64,000 nt of DNA from Octopus sinensis (Eukaryota). Within the stretch, counting starts at the first letter, position 1. Every line of letters begins with the position of its first letter. The DNA lies in contig NC_042998.1 in NCBI RefSeq assembly GCF_006345805.1, positions 54,622,001-54,686,000 on the forward strand. The letters are read 5' to 3'. This document shows, piece after piece, positions 50,210 through 63,191 of the stretch. The notes under the pieces are model-generated. The model saw only the letters and a program-made list of their open reading frames with translations. It searched no databases and was not told where the DNA came from. The translations under genes were made by a program, and so were the position numbers.

Positions 50210-51770
50210 ATGAAAGATTAGGAAGAGCAACATTTATGCGAAATTTTGATTCAAATTGGAAAAAAATTTCTGTAGCAACTTTTCTAATGTAATAACAGGC
50301 CTATGAGAAGGATTATTTGAGCTGTATACAATTGGAAAGAACATCTACAAAGGGTTTCAAATTTGGATGGTTTTTCCACAAAAGTGGACAATGATCCCAT
50401 TGCAAAAACAGGGTTTGATTGTTGTTATGAAATTTATGAATAAAAAGAAGATGAAGTCACAATTAGGAAACTAGTCTGTTAGAAAATCCCTGTTTGCGAT
50501 AATATTGTTTATGGCCACTTTAATGTTGCTGTCCTCTAAAAGACAATGATACTGCCATTTAACCCCAGGAAGACATCTCCTCCAGCTGGTTTATTAAGTG
50601 TGCTTCTTGCACTTGATATTTATTACAAGCAGGAGATAACTCCTGCAACCCTAACTCCAAGACCACCAGACCACATGGTTTCCAACTAGTATCCTAGTTA
50701 CAAAATCAATGATTGTACGACACTGTGTTTTCTATATATTGCAAGCGAGGTTAACTGCTGCCATACTTAGAAATGAATACCCACCACTGAGGAGATCCAA
50801 TACTGATTGAAACCACATAGTCTGGTGGTCTTGAAACTAGGGTGGCAGGAGTTATCTCCCACGTGCAATAAATATCAGATATGAGAAGCACACTAAATAA
50901 ACCAGTCGGAGGAGATGTCTTGCTGGGGGTTAAATGGCAGTATCATCTCTTAGTGGACAACCACATCAAAGTGGCCATAAGCAATATGTTTTGGTTTATA
51001 TACTACTTCTATCATGAACAGAGATTTTCTAACAGACAAATTTCCTAGTTACAAAATCAGTGATTGTATGACACTATATGTTTACTATATATTGCAAGCA
51101 AGGCTAAACTGCTGTCCTGCCTAACAACAAGTGCCCACCAACTAGGAGATCCAATACAGATTAAAGCCACATGGTCAGGTGGTCTTAGAGCTAGGGTGGT
51201 AGGATTTATCTCCTGCTTGCATCGAATATTGAGTGCAATAAGCATGCTGAATAAATCATCTCTTAGAGGACAGCCACGTTCAAGTGGTCATAACAAAGTC
51301 ACAGTTAATCAAGATGTGTTTGATAGGGTGCTAATGAAAGTTTTCTGAAAAGTGTCATAACAGGTGATAAAATCTGAGTGTTCAGCTACAATGCTGAAAC
51401 AAAAGCAGCTGTGTTTCAAGTGTGTTGGATCATTGTTATAGAAACCAAAAGTAACACACCAAAGATGCTCAGGTGTGAAGGTTATGTTAGAAGGGCCACT
51501 TTCATCATGAGGTTAGATGACCGATAAAGAGCTATACTTGGATCTACTAAGCTTGTTTAAGAGAGGCAGAGTGAAAAAAGAAGCCTCAGATATCTACAAA
51601 CAATATCTGGATGATACATCATTACAACACACCTATTCATGCATCACCTGTTATCCATGATTTTTTGACAAAACACTAGACCCTCATCGCCACCCGCACT
51701 TTCCCTACTCATTGGAATTGGTCCCTATTGACTTTCTATTCCTAAAATTGAAATTCACTTGAAAAGGTTA
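50210..51770 (+). mobile_element. Decayed mariner transposase gene interrupted by a fold-back element
   Basis: EQH..AKF*FKL..QAYEKDYLS (HTH); FLKSVITGDKI*VFSYNAETK (cf. ITGDETW); GVKVML; HPHFPYSLELVPIDFLFLKLK (cf. YSPDLAP). Confidence 0.8.
50502..50987. repeat. Fold-back element: ~190-bp inverted arms, ~105-bp spacer; partial second copy at 51043-51293
   Basis: GATACTGCCATTTAACCCC.G.AAGACATCTCCTCC mirrored; spacer plus right arm repeated downstream. Confidence 0.9.
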
Positions 51771-52026
51771 CTGATGTCAGATGGTAGTAGAGATAAAGAA
51801 AATTCGTTAAATGAATGAATCACTATTCCTAACTATCATCCTCATTATCAATATCATATTCAATGGTTCAGATGAAATTTGCTGAGCAAGACAATATTTC
51901 CATATGGCCAAACAGGTTTTCTTAGAAGACTAGAAATGAAGTAAAGGACACCACTTGTATGATGGCGAAACTCATTTACAGCCACCACATGATGTTAAAA
52001 CAAGGAGGCACAAATACTCCACCACC

Positions 52027-52057
<31 letters not shown>

Positions 52058-53763
52058 ATTTAATGTCTATTTTCCAAGATGAGAAGTGTTGGATGGTTTG
52101 ACAGGATCTGATCAGTTCAAGACTGCATCATGCTCCGGTGAGTCTCCTTTGGCATGGCTTTCTATGGCTGGATGACCTGGGCTTTCAGTTTTCATCTACC
52201 AAATCCATTCACAAGGCTTTGGTCAGCTTGGTGCTATACTAGAAGACATTTGCTCAAGGTACCAATCAATAGGATTGAACCCAAAACTATGTGGCTGTGA
52301 AGCAACTTCTTAACCACACAGCACACATTTGAAAACTAGAGAAAATCATTGTGAGTGGTGTATCGAGATTGGAGGGAGCTATTTTGAAGAAGACAAGTCT
52401 GATTAAATTCTAAAAAAAAAAAAAAAAAATCAATGACTTCATTTCTAAAAAGTCCAGTTTCTTATAGAACAAACCTCATATAAAAGCAGGAGCTTTATAG
52501 TTATTATCATCGTCAACATTTAATGTCTATTTTCCATGCTGGCATGGGTTGGACAGCTTGAAAGAAACTGGCAAGGCTAGGGACTGCACCAGGTTCCATA
52601 GTCTGTTTTGGCTTGGTTTCTATGGATGGATGCCCTTCCCAATGCCTAATTACAGAATGTACTGGGTACTTTTTATGTGGTACCATCACCAGTGCATTTT
52701 ATGTGGCACCAGAACCAGTGCCTTTTATGTGGCATCAGTACCCACACCAACGCTTTTTACATAGCTCCTTGATTTTAAGATCTCAATTCTGATGTGGTAC
52801 GCAAGTTTTCTCAAGTACAGCAATATCTCCGCATATCTCAGTCCTCTGTCGTCTCCTTTATAAGGTTCAGCATTTTGAAAATTGAGTTAGTTGCCAATGA
52901 TTCAAACACCAATAAGAATGGTTTTAATGATGTAAACTAAGGACAGGTGAACATGGAAAGTGTTCTCCTTGTGCATTTGTTTAGCCACTAAATCAAGCTT
53001 AATTTCAGCAGACTTTAAGATCAAAGACATTCCAACCATGATTATCCTGTTTTGTTTTGTCTATTTATTATTTTTCATTTTGTTTTGTTCTCTTCTGGTA
53101 TCACGTAACTCGGTGTGCATTAGCCAATGTGTCCTGTCTTTAAAGAAACAATGGCTAATGTACAGAAAGGGGGTTATTTCAAGATTTAGCTGATCTTTTC
53201 AGCAGATCAAGCAACCACCAAAATGCTCCCTCTTTGGTCTTGTTTTCCTTATGGCTTCAATACAATGGTTCTGATAAAATTTTTGAACTTTCAGTTTCAT
53301 TTATATAACAACTCACTAATCTTAAGTGTCAGTGTACTAAGCTCAAAAGATAATATTTTCAATAACTCTATAACAGACTTAACAGAATGTAAACAGATAT
53401 ACAGCAAGGAAAACCTGAACTGCTGTCGTGTTTTCTTTTAATCTTTATGTCAAGAGGAATGAATAGTGCTCGTGACTTTTCAGAGGGTCTCAGAGACTAG
53501 TGGGAGAGGGAGGAAAGAAGATACGCTCAAATTGGTGACCTGGCCTGAAATGCTCGCAAGAGAACGAATCAAGAGCACCCAGGGTGCCAGATGGTGATGG
53601 TAAGCTAAGAAACAAATTAAGTCTGCCACCCAAGGAGACTCTGGCAAGATTTGAACTCGAGTACAATCCTAATGCAGGACAACTTGGGCAAGTGTCTTCT
53701 ACTAAAGTCTCAAGCTGACCAGTGCCTTGTGACTAGATTTGATAGACAGAAACTAAAAGCATC

Positions 53764-53766
<3 letters not shown>

Positions 53767-53813
<47 letters not shown>

Positions 53814-53832
53814 GTGTGTGTGTGCGTGTGTG
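53767..53832. repeat. (TG)n microsatellite
   Basis: Direct reading; one of many (also (TA)n 32130-32253, (TAA)n 37573-37638, (TTA)n 46918-46950). Confidence 0.95.
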
Positions 53833-54349
53833 CATGTGTAAATATTTGGGGGTCAATGGGTGTGTGTTTGTGCTTACTTATCATGACATCACGAGATAGT
53901 TCTAAGTGTCATTGTAATACAAGCAGTGTCCTTTGCTTTGTTTTCAATCGTTCCGAGAAAACACATCAGGCCATGTGGAAATATTATCTTTCTGAGAAAC
54001 AGTTGAAGATCAGTGATAGGAAGGGCCTCCAACCAGTGAAAAACTTCCCTCAACGAATGTATGATACATGCAAGCAGATAAAGCAGGGATAAATAGATGT
54101 TGAAATATAAAGGACCTGAACAAGTACTGCAAGGCATCCCATCTAATGTGCTGTTTCCACCAGTTAACCACCCTAAATCAGGACTAGATTTATTGATGCT
54201 GGAAGGATGAACAACCTAAGAATGACCTTAGGATGCTGTACCTGTCAGGCAAGATGACAAGGGAATGAGATGCTTGGTGCCTTGCTGTACTCAAAAAAGA
54301 TGAGCATTCCACAGAAGTGTTAAGACTGATCCCTCTGGTGGTGAAAAGC

Positions 54350-54715
54350 ATTCATAACGGTGTGTAAAAATGCCTGTGTGGTACCATGAAAAAGCACCCA
54401 TACAATGCCACGTAAAAGCACCCAAGCAGTGCCACATAAAAGCATCTGTGTGATTCCACATAAAAGCACCCATGTGGTGCCACATAAAAGAGCCCATGCA
54501 GCACCATGTAAAACAGCCCATGCAGCATAATGTAAAAGCACCCATGTGATACCACATAAAAGCACCCAGTGCACTCTGTAAAGTGGTTGGTGTTAGGAAA
54601 GGCATCCAGCTGTAGAAACCATGCCAAATCAGACTGGATTCTGGTGCAGCTCTCCAGTTCTGGTCAAACTTTCCAACCCATGCCAGCATTTACAACAGAC
54701 ATTTAATGATGATGA
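54350..54715 (+). mobile_element. RTE 3' end preceded by ~9 x 24-bp tandem units of the module motif
   Basis: CCACATAAAAGCACCCATGTGGTG-like units, then GTGGTTGGTGTTAGGAAAGGCATCCAGC and an ATGATGATG tail. Confidence 0.8.
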
Positions 54716-55119
54716 CCTAAGTTGGATATGAACCCAGAAGACAAGATGCCGAAATAAATGCCACAATGCATTTCACCTGATGCTTTACTGACTGTGCCGG
54801 GTTAATGCCTACTTGTAATTAAGTAAAAAAAAAATCATTACAAGTCCATTATGGAAAAGAAATAATAAGCAAGAATTTTATAACAAGTATTTATTATCAC
54901 CATTTTCATTTAACATCCACATTTCCAGGCTTGCAAAGGTTGGACGAAATTTACTTGAGACAGATTTTCTAAGGTCAGATGCCCTTCTTGTTGCCAATCC
55001 TCGCCTGTTTCCAAGCAAGCTAATACTTTCACAAAACTAAACAAGTTTTTCATGAAAGGCTGGAAATGAATGGCCTCGCTTATACGACAATGATGCTTGT
55101 TTACAATCATCACATATCT

Positions 55120-55162
<43 letters not shown>

Positions 55163-56377
55163 AGAGAAATTAATTTTAGTACCGTATATGATGTGAACTT
55201 ACCCCTTAGTACAAATTATATACATTTTCTTACTATTCTCTATAATTTCTTATTTTGATACCTTTACCTATCAACCTGTTATCTCTTATAAGTTATTACT
55301 GTTCTTAAAGAGAAATATAAACTCTTTAGTTACTTAAGTCTAGAAGAGTTGATTATAACATACTCAAAATAAAGTACAAATATTTGTATATACTTGCATG
55401 TGTGCACATAGTTAAATATGTTTATGTGCACAACTTATATTTCTAATTTTTTTCTGATTCTTAGCTTACAATTAATATAAAAATAGCATGATTTATCACC
55501 CCAGTATTCCATAAGTAAATACCCAGAGCAATCTTTATGGAAACCACCTTATAAGTAAATAATTAAGTACAGGAATGAATATTAAACTAATTCTATGTAA
55601 TCTTCCCTTTCTAATGTTGAAAATTGGTATATATACACATTTTATCTATTCTGGTTGTAATATCATTTTTAGTAATCTTAAATTTTATCTTCATACAACA
55701 TAACAATATTGTTTATATACAATCATCCATTGTATATAATAATTTCCTCTGTATTAACATCATAGGTTTTATTAGCGTCTTACCCCTTTAACTGGTAATT
55801 AGCATCTTGATTTAGGGTCTTCCCCGACCCAGCCTTCTTTATAGACAATTACTTACACATTTCCTAAAATCCTGACAATATTTATGACCATACCCATCTA
55901 TAAACTGTCAACTCACTCCATCTATCCATTCTAAACAGACCTGTCCTCTAGCCTTAGAGTTCATAGTTGATGAAAAAGATTAATAAATTAAAAATGAACC
56001 ACAATCTGTTACAAGCTATGACCCTAACAAACTTCATATAGTTCTTAGAAGTGTAGTAGATTTTGAGCTTCATTAGTAGCAACATGGACCTTTTCCCTCT
56101 TCTTGCTCTATTAGAAAATGTAAGTAAAATTATATTAATGTGTCCAACTGATTAAAAAAATTTTATTTTTGCATCTGAGGATAGCCCTGCATTTAAATTG
56201 ATGTAATGATTGCACTGTTTGGTTAAATGGAGGCACTTGAAACGGTCATACTGCATCACCTCTTGATATCCTGTTGCTTATTTTGATTTTATTCACCTTA
56301 CTTTGAGTTGTATGGACAATACTGCACTGACTTGGTGCTTCAACTTAAGTATCTAATTCAAATGAATCTCAATTATT

Positions 56378-56411
<34 letters not shown>

Positions 56412-56739
56412 GGTCCTGGGTGTGGAGAAAGATGGATTATTTCCAATGCAGCACTCAAACTGAGCTTGAGGCTATCTACAGACTAGAATTGTAGTCTTAA
56501 GTAAAATAGAAATATTTCTGGTGTAGAAAATCCAAGTTTCATTTTGGTAAAAACCAACGTATGGGTCTAGCAAGGAGTAAAATATAATCCAAATGAGAAA
56601 ACAGAGTTTAGCACATATTCAATAATCAGTTAAAATTGTTTCTATATCAACTCTGTTTTAAGTACCAATTTATTCAATAGTTCCATGTGAAATGTAATAT
56701 TTGAGGTTTTAAACATCAAAACCACAAATATTACATAAT

Positions 56740-56886
56740 TTACACACACACACATATATATAGAATAGAGATATATATAGATAGAGATAGACAGATAGGG
56801 AGGTAGATAGGGAGGTAGACAGATAGGTAGATAGACAGACAGGTAGGTAGGTAGGTAGGTACATAGATAGATAGATAGATAGATAG

Positions 56887-56934
<48 letters not shown>

Positions 56935-56935
56935 G
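56740..56935. repeat. Compound (CA)/(TA)/(AGGT)/(AGAT)n microsatellite
   Basis: Direct reading. Confidence 0.95.
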
Positions 56936-57311
56936 TGAGGAGCTTCCACATTGTCTACTAAATCCACTCATAGGGCTTTGGTCATCCTGGGGCTATAGTA
57001 GAAGACAATTGCCCCAAGAAGTCACATGCAGTAAGACTGAACCTAATCTAAGACCAGATGATTAGAAGCAAGCTTCTTAACCAGACAGTGGTACTTGTAC
57101 ATTAGGAAAAAAAAAAAGAAACTCACAAATATTACTTTAGTTTTCCCCCACCCCACCTCCCATTCATACACACATACTCATTTCAGTATACTTCAGCTCT
57201 CTCTTCCATCCTCTATATGGCTTCATATCAGTTTGCCAGAATCAAAAATTTTGTGATAATATCAATACACTGGGGAGGAGGAAGCAGTGGTGGTGGTGGT
57301 GGTGGAGGAGG

Positions 57312-57572
57312 TGGCGAGCTGGCAGAAACGTTAGCACGCCGGATGAAATGCTTAGCGGTATTTCGTCTGTCATTACGTCGTGAGTTCAAATTCCGCCGAG
57401 GTTGACTTTGCCTTTCATCCTTTTGGGGTCGATAAATTAAGTACCAGTTCCGCACTGGAGTCGATACATTAATTACCAGTTCCGCACTGGGGTCGATGTA
57501 ATTGACTTAATACCTATGTCTGTCCTTGTTTATCCCCTCTATGTTTAGCCCCTTGTGCGTAATAAAGAAATA
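57312..57572 (+). mobile_element. SINE family B with a small internal duplication (TACCAGTTCCGCACTGG x2)
   Basis: Same consensus as 45195. Confidence 0.88.
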
Positions 57573-58204
57573 GGTGGTGGTGGAGGAGGAGGCAGAGGGT
57601 AGGAGGGAAGGGAAGGGGCAACATGGTGGTGGTGGTAGCAGTAACAGCAACAGCAGCAAGTCACCACAACCACATCACTGAACTGGAACTAACACACATA
57701 ATCAGAAAGAAAGGAGTTTTCACATGAAAAGAAGACACTTCCAGACAGATGTGGTCACCACAAGCCGCAAGCTGTGATCGCACGGAAATTAACTGTTAAC
57801 TTTCTGAATTCAATAAAGAGCTCTTTTAAATTGTAGTAATTCGCTCAGATACCAAACATTCCTAACTGATACTTGCTAAGATAATAACTAATGCATTATT
57901 AGTGTCTTCAATAGTCATCAGTGGAGTCTACATATGATCACAAGATCTTTCAGGAATATAGCCAATTCTGTTTAAATGCCTAACCTCGGCGATTGAAGTT
58001 CTTATGCAGTTAACCAGAGTATGCAATTAAGTGGATTCATATTACTAAGTGGTAAATTACATGATTTTCAATGCATTGTCAACAGTAAGGTATTATGGCA
58101 GAGTTATACACATCCATAGACATAGACATTATAAAACCACAATAATTTTTTTTAATATATTCTCAGTCTGTTTTGTGATCAAATAATTTACATAAAAGAT
58201 GCTG

Positions 58205-58870
58205 GTGTGGCTGTGTGGTAAGAAGCTTGCTTCCCAATTACATGGTTCTGGGTTCAGTCCCACAGCATGGCACCATGAGCAAATGTGTTTTCTATTATAG
58301 CCTTAGACCAGTGGTTTCCAACCAGGGTTCCGCGGAACCTTAGGGTTCCGCCAGTACAGTCCAGGGGTTCCGCAAGAAGTTACAAAACTGCTAAAGTCGG
58401 CAGTAGTTTTTAATTCTCCTGTGCAGATATGTGTGCATAAGACTATTAAATTATTGCACAGGGGTTCCTCGAGCCAGTGGAATGTTTCCTTGGGGTTCTG
58501 CTCCAGCAAAAAGTTTGAAAAGCACTGCCTTAGACCAATCAAAGCTTTGTGAGTGGATTTGGTAGATAGAAACAGAAAGAAGCCTGTTGTATCTGTGTGT
58601 ATGTGTGCAGGGGGGTTGTGTGTGTGAGGGTTGTGTGTATGGGGTTTGTGTGTGTGTGTCCTTGTGTCTATGTTTGTCTCCCACCACCGCTTGACAACCA
58701 GTGCTGGTGTTTAAATCCCCGTAACTTAGCAGTTTGACAAAAGAGACCGATAAAGTAAGTAGCAGGCTTTAAAACAAAATAAGTACTGGGGTTGATGCAG
58801 TCAACTAAAATTTCAAGGCAGTGCCCCAGCATGGTCGCAGTCAAATGACAAACAAATAAACGATAAAAGA
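58205..58870 (+). mobile_element. SINE-A interrupted by a hAT MITE
   Basis: Head ends ...TATAGCCTTAGAC; sequence resumes CAATCAAAGCTTTGTGAGTGG. Confidence 0.85.
58309..58527. mobile_element. hAT (Charlie-like) MITE, 219 bp
   Basis: TIRs CAGTGGTTTCCAA / TTGAAAAGCACTG; perfect 8-bp TSD CCTTAGAC (58301-58308, 58528-58535). Confidence 0.93.
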
Positions 58871-60040
58871 TACACTCCACACAGCTCAGGTTGCTATTGA
58901 AATAGCAAAGCTAGGTACAAGAATGGCTATGTGGTTTAGAATCTCACTTTGCAACCACAGGCTTTCAGGTTCAGCCCCACAGAACAGCACCTTGGGCAAA
59001 TGTCTTCTACTATGGCCCCTGACCAACCAATGTCTTGTGAGAGAATATGAAGGATGGATAGATGGATTTGTTTCTGTTACTATTACTACTACCATCACCA
59101 CCCCTAACACCACCAGTCACCACAACCACCACCATCGCCCCCACTACCACTGCTACCACCACCAAGCTTCCACCCCTTCCCCTCCCCAGTGCATTGATAT
59201 TATCACAGAATTTTACAGAATTCACTCATTACAATCTGTAAAGTAGCTGGGGAATAATCAGAGACAGCACAGGATATCAAAGGAGCGAGAGCATTTTTTT
59301 ATCTTGTCAAGAACCTGACAACCTGTCTAGTATTGATGTCATGCAATAAAATGTGCCTGGTACGTTTTATGAAGTGGCTGGTGTTAGGAAGGGCATCTAG
59401 TCACAGAAAACAAACAAACAAATGAAATGTATGAAGGAAATTTGGTTTTTTGACCTGTCTAGGAAAAGCTGTTATCTGAATGGGAACTGATTTAGGCCAT
59501 GTCAAAATGTCCAGTCCTTAATAAAAAGGAAAGTAGGCATAAAATATGCCATGATGATGATCATCATCACAAGCCTTCAGTTACCATATTTTCTGATATA
59601 CAAGTCCAAATAGTATATGCATTGGCACAACGAGGGTTCCAGTTGATCCGATCAACAGAACAGCCTGCTCGTGAAATTAATGTGCAAGTGGCTGAGCATT
59701 CCACAGACAAGTGTACCCTAAACATAGTTCTCAGAGAGATTGAGTATGACACAGAATGTGATGAGGGTGGCCTTTTGAAATACAGATACTACTCACGTTT
59801 GCCATCTGAGCAGACTGGAGCAACATGCAATAAAGTGTCTTGCTCAAGGACACAATGATTCACCAGGAATTGAACTCACAACCTTATGATCATGAGCCAA
59901 ATACCCTGACCACTAAGCCATGCAACTTCAGTATACAGTATAAACATTCAGTGTAAACATTCAAACATTGCCATTACCTCTCTCCAAATCTTGCTACATT
60001 TCACATAGAATTTTTGGACCACTAAAGTCACCTTGGTCTA

Positions 60041-60275
60041 CAGAGTGGCCCAAAGTAGGTTTACAGTTATTCAACTATCTCTTTTGCATTCATATATCAA
60101 CAGTTTAGATCTTAATTATTAAAAAAATATGAAATCATTATTCTATGTTAATTTAGTTAATTTTGTCAAGCTCCCTCTTCAGTTTGTAAGGTAGAAATTT
60201 AAATGTAATAAAATGTTTTAAAAGAAATTTAAAGTGCCTACATGATGACTGTAAACCTACTTTTGAGCCATCCTG
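60041..60275. mobile_element. Tc1/mariner-superfamily MITE, 235 bp
   Basis: TA flanks; TIRs CAGAGTGGCCCAAAGTAGGTTTACAGT / ACTGTAAACCTACTTTTGAGCCATCCTG. Confidence 0.88.
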
Positions 60276-61630
60276 TACATTTTATGGCTGTGTATCTTGG
60301 TTAGAAAATTCAACTTGTATACTGCAAAATACAGTACCTAAGCTTGGTTAGACATTGTCTTTCACACATATTGAATTTCTCAATGATAATCGTTAAGGTC
60401 ATGTGGGTTAAGAAAAATTTAATTAGGTAAATCACAAGTTGACGTAGCTGATTAGGAAAACAACTAAATAACATCCATTCACTGATTTAATGCTTGATTT
60501 CAAACTATCTTTTTATAGTTTTTATTTTTTCAAAATCTTTTATTACTCAATTAAAATTAAGATAATAAAACACTGGAATCTGAACTGTGAATGACTAATG
60601 TTAATTCTCTGAAAGGAACAAGAATAACTTGAATATGTTTGACTCTTTTGACATCAGATGTGTGTAAACATGAAGCACAGCCACTAACTCATCATAAAAG
60701 CAGGAACTTCTAGAACCATTTTATTTGTATCAAATCAAATATTTAATTTTATAAATTATTCTACAAAGTTTCTACTAAAAACTAAAATTAAAGTTTCTAC
60801 TAAAAACGAATATTAAATTTAAGTTTTACACAATTAACTAAAATTGGCATTATTCCATCCATCAATCTCCATCTTTTCTACCCACTATTTCGGGAAGGGT
60901 TGTGGAAGCAGTAGATTCCTCAGGCGCCCCTTCCATCATTAAACGTGGAATCATTATTAAACATAGGATCCCAAGCATGACCAAATGAGACAATGGATAT
61001 TGTCCAACCATCTCAGTCACGGTCTACTTTTAAGTCACCTGCCAGTTAGCTCAGCTTGATTTGCATATGCCATTATTTGCATATGTAATTAACTGATCAA
61101 CTTTACAAAGATTTCAGGGTAAATAATTTGATGTTTTCAAAAGTTATGCAATTAAGTTAAACATGCAATTATGAGGAATGAAGTTTAGCAGAGCCAACCA
61201 TATCAGAATTATAATCATCGTCAGCAAATCTATTTTACCATGTTGATTGTACAGCAACAGTCTTTATACCTAAATCTTGTGCTGTCATCTCTTTGAGTTT
61301 CAGCCACTTTCAAATCTAAATCAACTCCTATTAAGACCTGTACAACCTGAAACTTAAGCGGGTGCTTCAAAAGTAGTAGTCAACCAGCTAGAAAAAAGCA
61401 GCCAAATTTTCTTCAAATCTCGTTTTTGCATTTGGTGAATTCACTTGTTGAAACAAATTTTGGTGCGTCTTGGATGGGTCATTATGCCAATAATAACACA
61501 CACACACAAAAACACACATTCAATTCCACTTCTCTATTGTTAGTCAATTGATAAAATATCTAAGCAAGTAACTAACTGATTTGTTTGTTTGTTTAATGTG
61601 CAGGAGCGGACCTTGGAGCAAGCGAAGTAA

Positions 61631-62049
61631 TTAACCCTTTGGCATTTAAACCAGCCATATCCAGACAAAATTTTATATTTGTTTTATGCTCTAGCTGACC
61701 AGATCCAGGCTCTCCCACCTACCCTACAATTTTATTCTACTTTAGACAATCACATCATCAGAATCTCAAGGATATGAAATAATGCATGATTAATTCAAAA
61801 CAATTTTCTTTTGCTGTTAGGAAGCACAAGCATTTACAGACACATAATGGAAAAACTTTTGCCTACCAAATTCAATTACAAAGCTTAAATAGGCCTGAGA
61901 CTATAGCAGAAGACACTTGCCCAAGGTGCCACGCATACAGTGAGTCTGAACCTGAAACCATGTGGCTGAGAAGCAAGCTTCCTAACCACACAGCCATGCA
62001 TGCGCCAAGCATTATGTTTCATAGAATAACCTGAACACTAAAGGGTTAA
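61631..62049. mobile_element. piggyBac-type MITE (opposite orientation) with a SINE-A head inside
   Basis: TTAACCCTTT ... AAAGGGTTAA termini. Confidence 0.75.
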
Positions 62050-63126
62050 GGTACTAAGCCATTGAAAAGGTTACAAACAGTGATGAAAGAAGTTTAACTA
62101 ACAAACAATCAACTGATTCTTGTAATCTTACTCATTAAGCAAATGATTAATTAGTTAGTTGATTAGATATTTAACCAACTGACTAACAACAAAGAAGTGG
62201 AATTCCTGCATAATATTTATTAAAACAGATATAAGTTAATGAATTTTTTTAAATGTCTTTCATGTAGCATTGTTTTCTGAGTTAAGTCACATGTCTTGGA
62301 ACCAATTATTGATGTAACTTGAGTTATCCCTATCATCATCATCATTTAATGGCCTTCTTCCATGCTGGCATGGGGTGCACAGTTTGACCAGAGTTGGTAA
62401 GGCCAGGGGCTGCACCAGGCCCCAACATTTCTTCTGGCATGGTCTCTACAGATGGATGTCCTACCTAATGCCAACCACTCCACAGAGTGCACTGGGTGCT
62501 TTTTATGTGGTACCAGCACCAGTACTTTTAATGTGACACCAGCTCAAAAGCTTTTTATGTGGCACTAGCACAAAAGCTTTTTCTGTGGCACCAGCACCAG
62601 TACCAATTCTGCTGTGGCAGATGGGTCTTCTTGAATACACCAGTGCACCAGATATCTTGGTCCTTAGTCATTTCTTTCATAAGGCTCAGTGTCTTGATAT
62701 CAGTATCAGGAAATATTCATTCAATATACGATTTCAAACAATTACTCTGTGAATTAACTATCTCTGACAACGTTGTGTATAAATCTATGAGCAATAATAT
62801 GGAGATGCTTGAATCATTCAACATGGAACTTCAAAAAAGAAATAAAAAGTTTACTCCTGAATTAATTATCTCTTAGGACATTGTATACAAATTTATGAAC
62901 AAATAATACTGAAATATCTAAACCAGACAACATTAAACTGCAAAATGTTTGTATTGGAATAACTACCTCTCTGCAGACATTGTGCATAAATTTTGTGAAT
63001 GGCAATATTGAACAACTTGGAAGATGATTGCAAATTTCTTATAGCTTTCACACATTTAAAGCAAATTCAATAATTTTAAAGTTCTCAGACAAGAAGAGGA
63101 AGATAGAGAAAGAGATGAGAACTTAC

Positions 63127-63191
63127 AGAAATTGGCATTTCGGTATTCATTGGGTTATCACTCCATTTCTTTCGAACTCGGCCAGTGGAAT
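63127..63191 (-). CDS. KATNIP: KATNIP coding exon (probably exon 2), phase 1->0: [D]STGRVRKKWSDNPMNTEMPIS
   Basis: tttattgcAG acceptor, GTAAGT donor, 65 nt open. Ends in phase 0, matching the next exon; loosely resembles human RKAERSWS. Low sequence conservation. Confidence 0.7.

Noticed and set aside
55160-55990. NUMT
   Set aside because: No recognisable mitochondrial gene, tRNA or rRNA motifs; kept only as an unidentified island
61059-61084. Two ATTTGCAT octamer motifs
   Set aside because: Expected by chance in AT-rich DNA; no snRNA or promoter context
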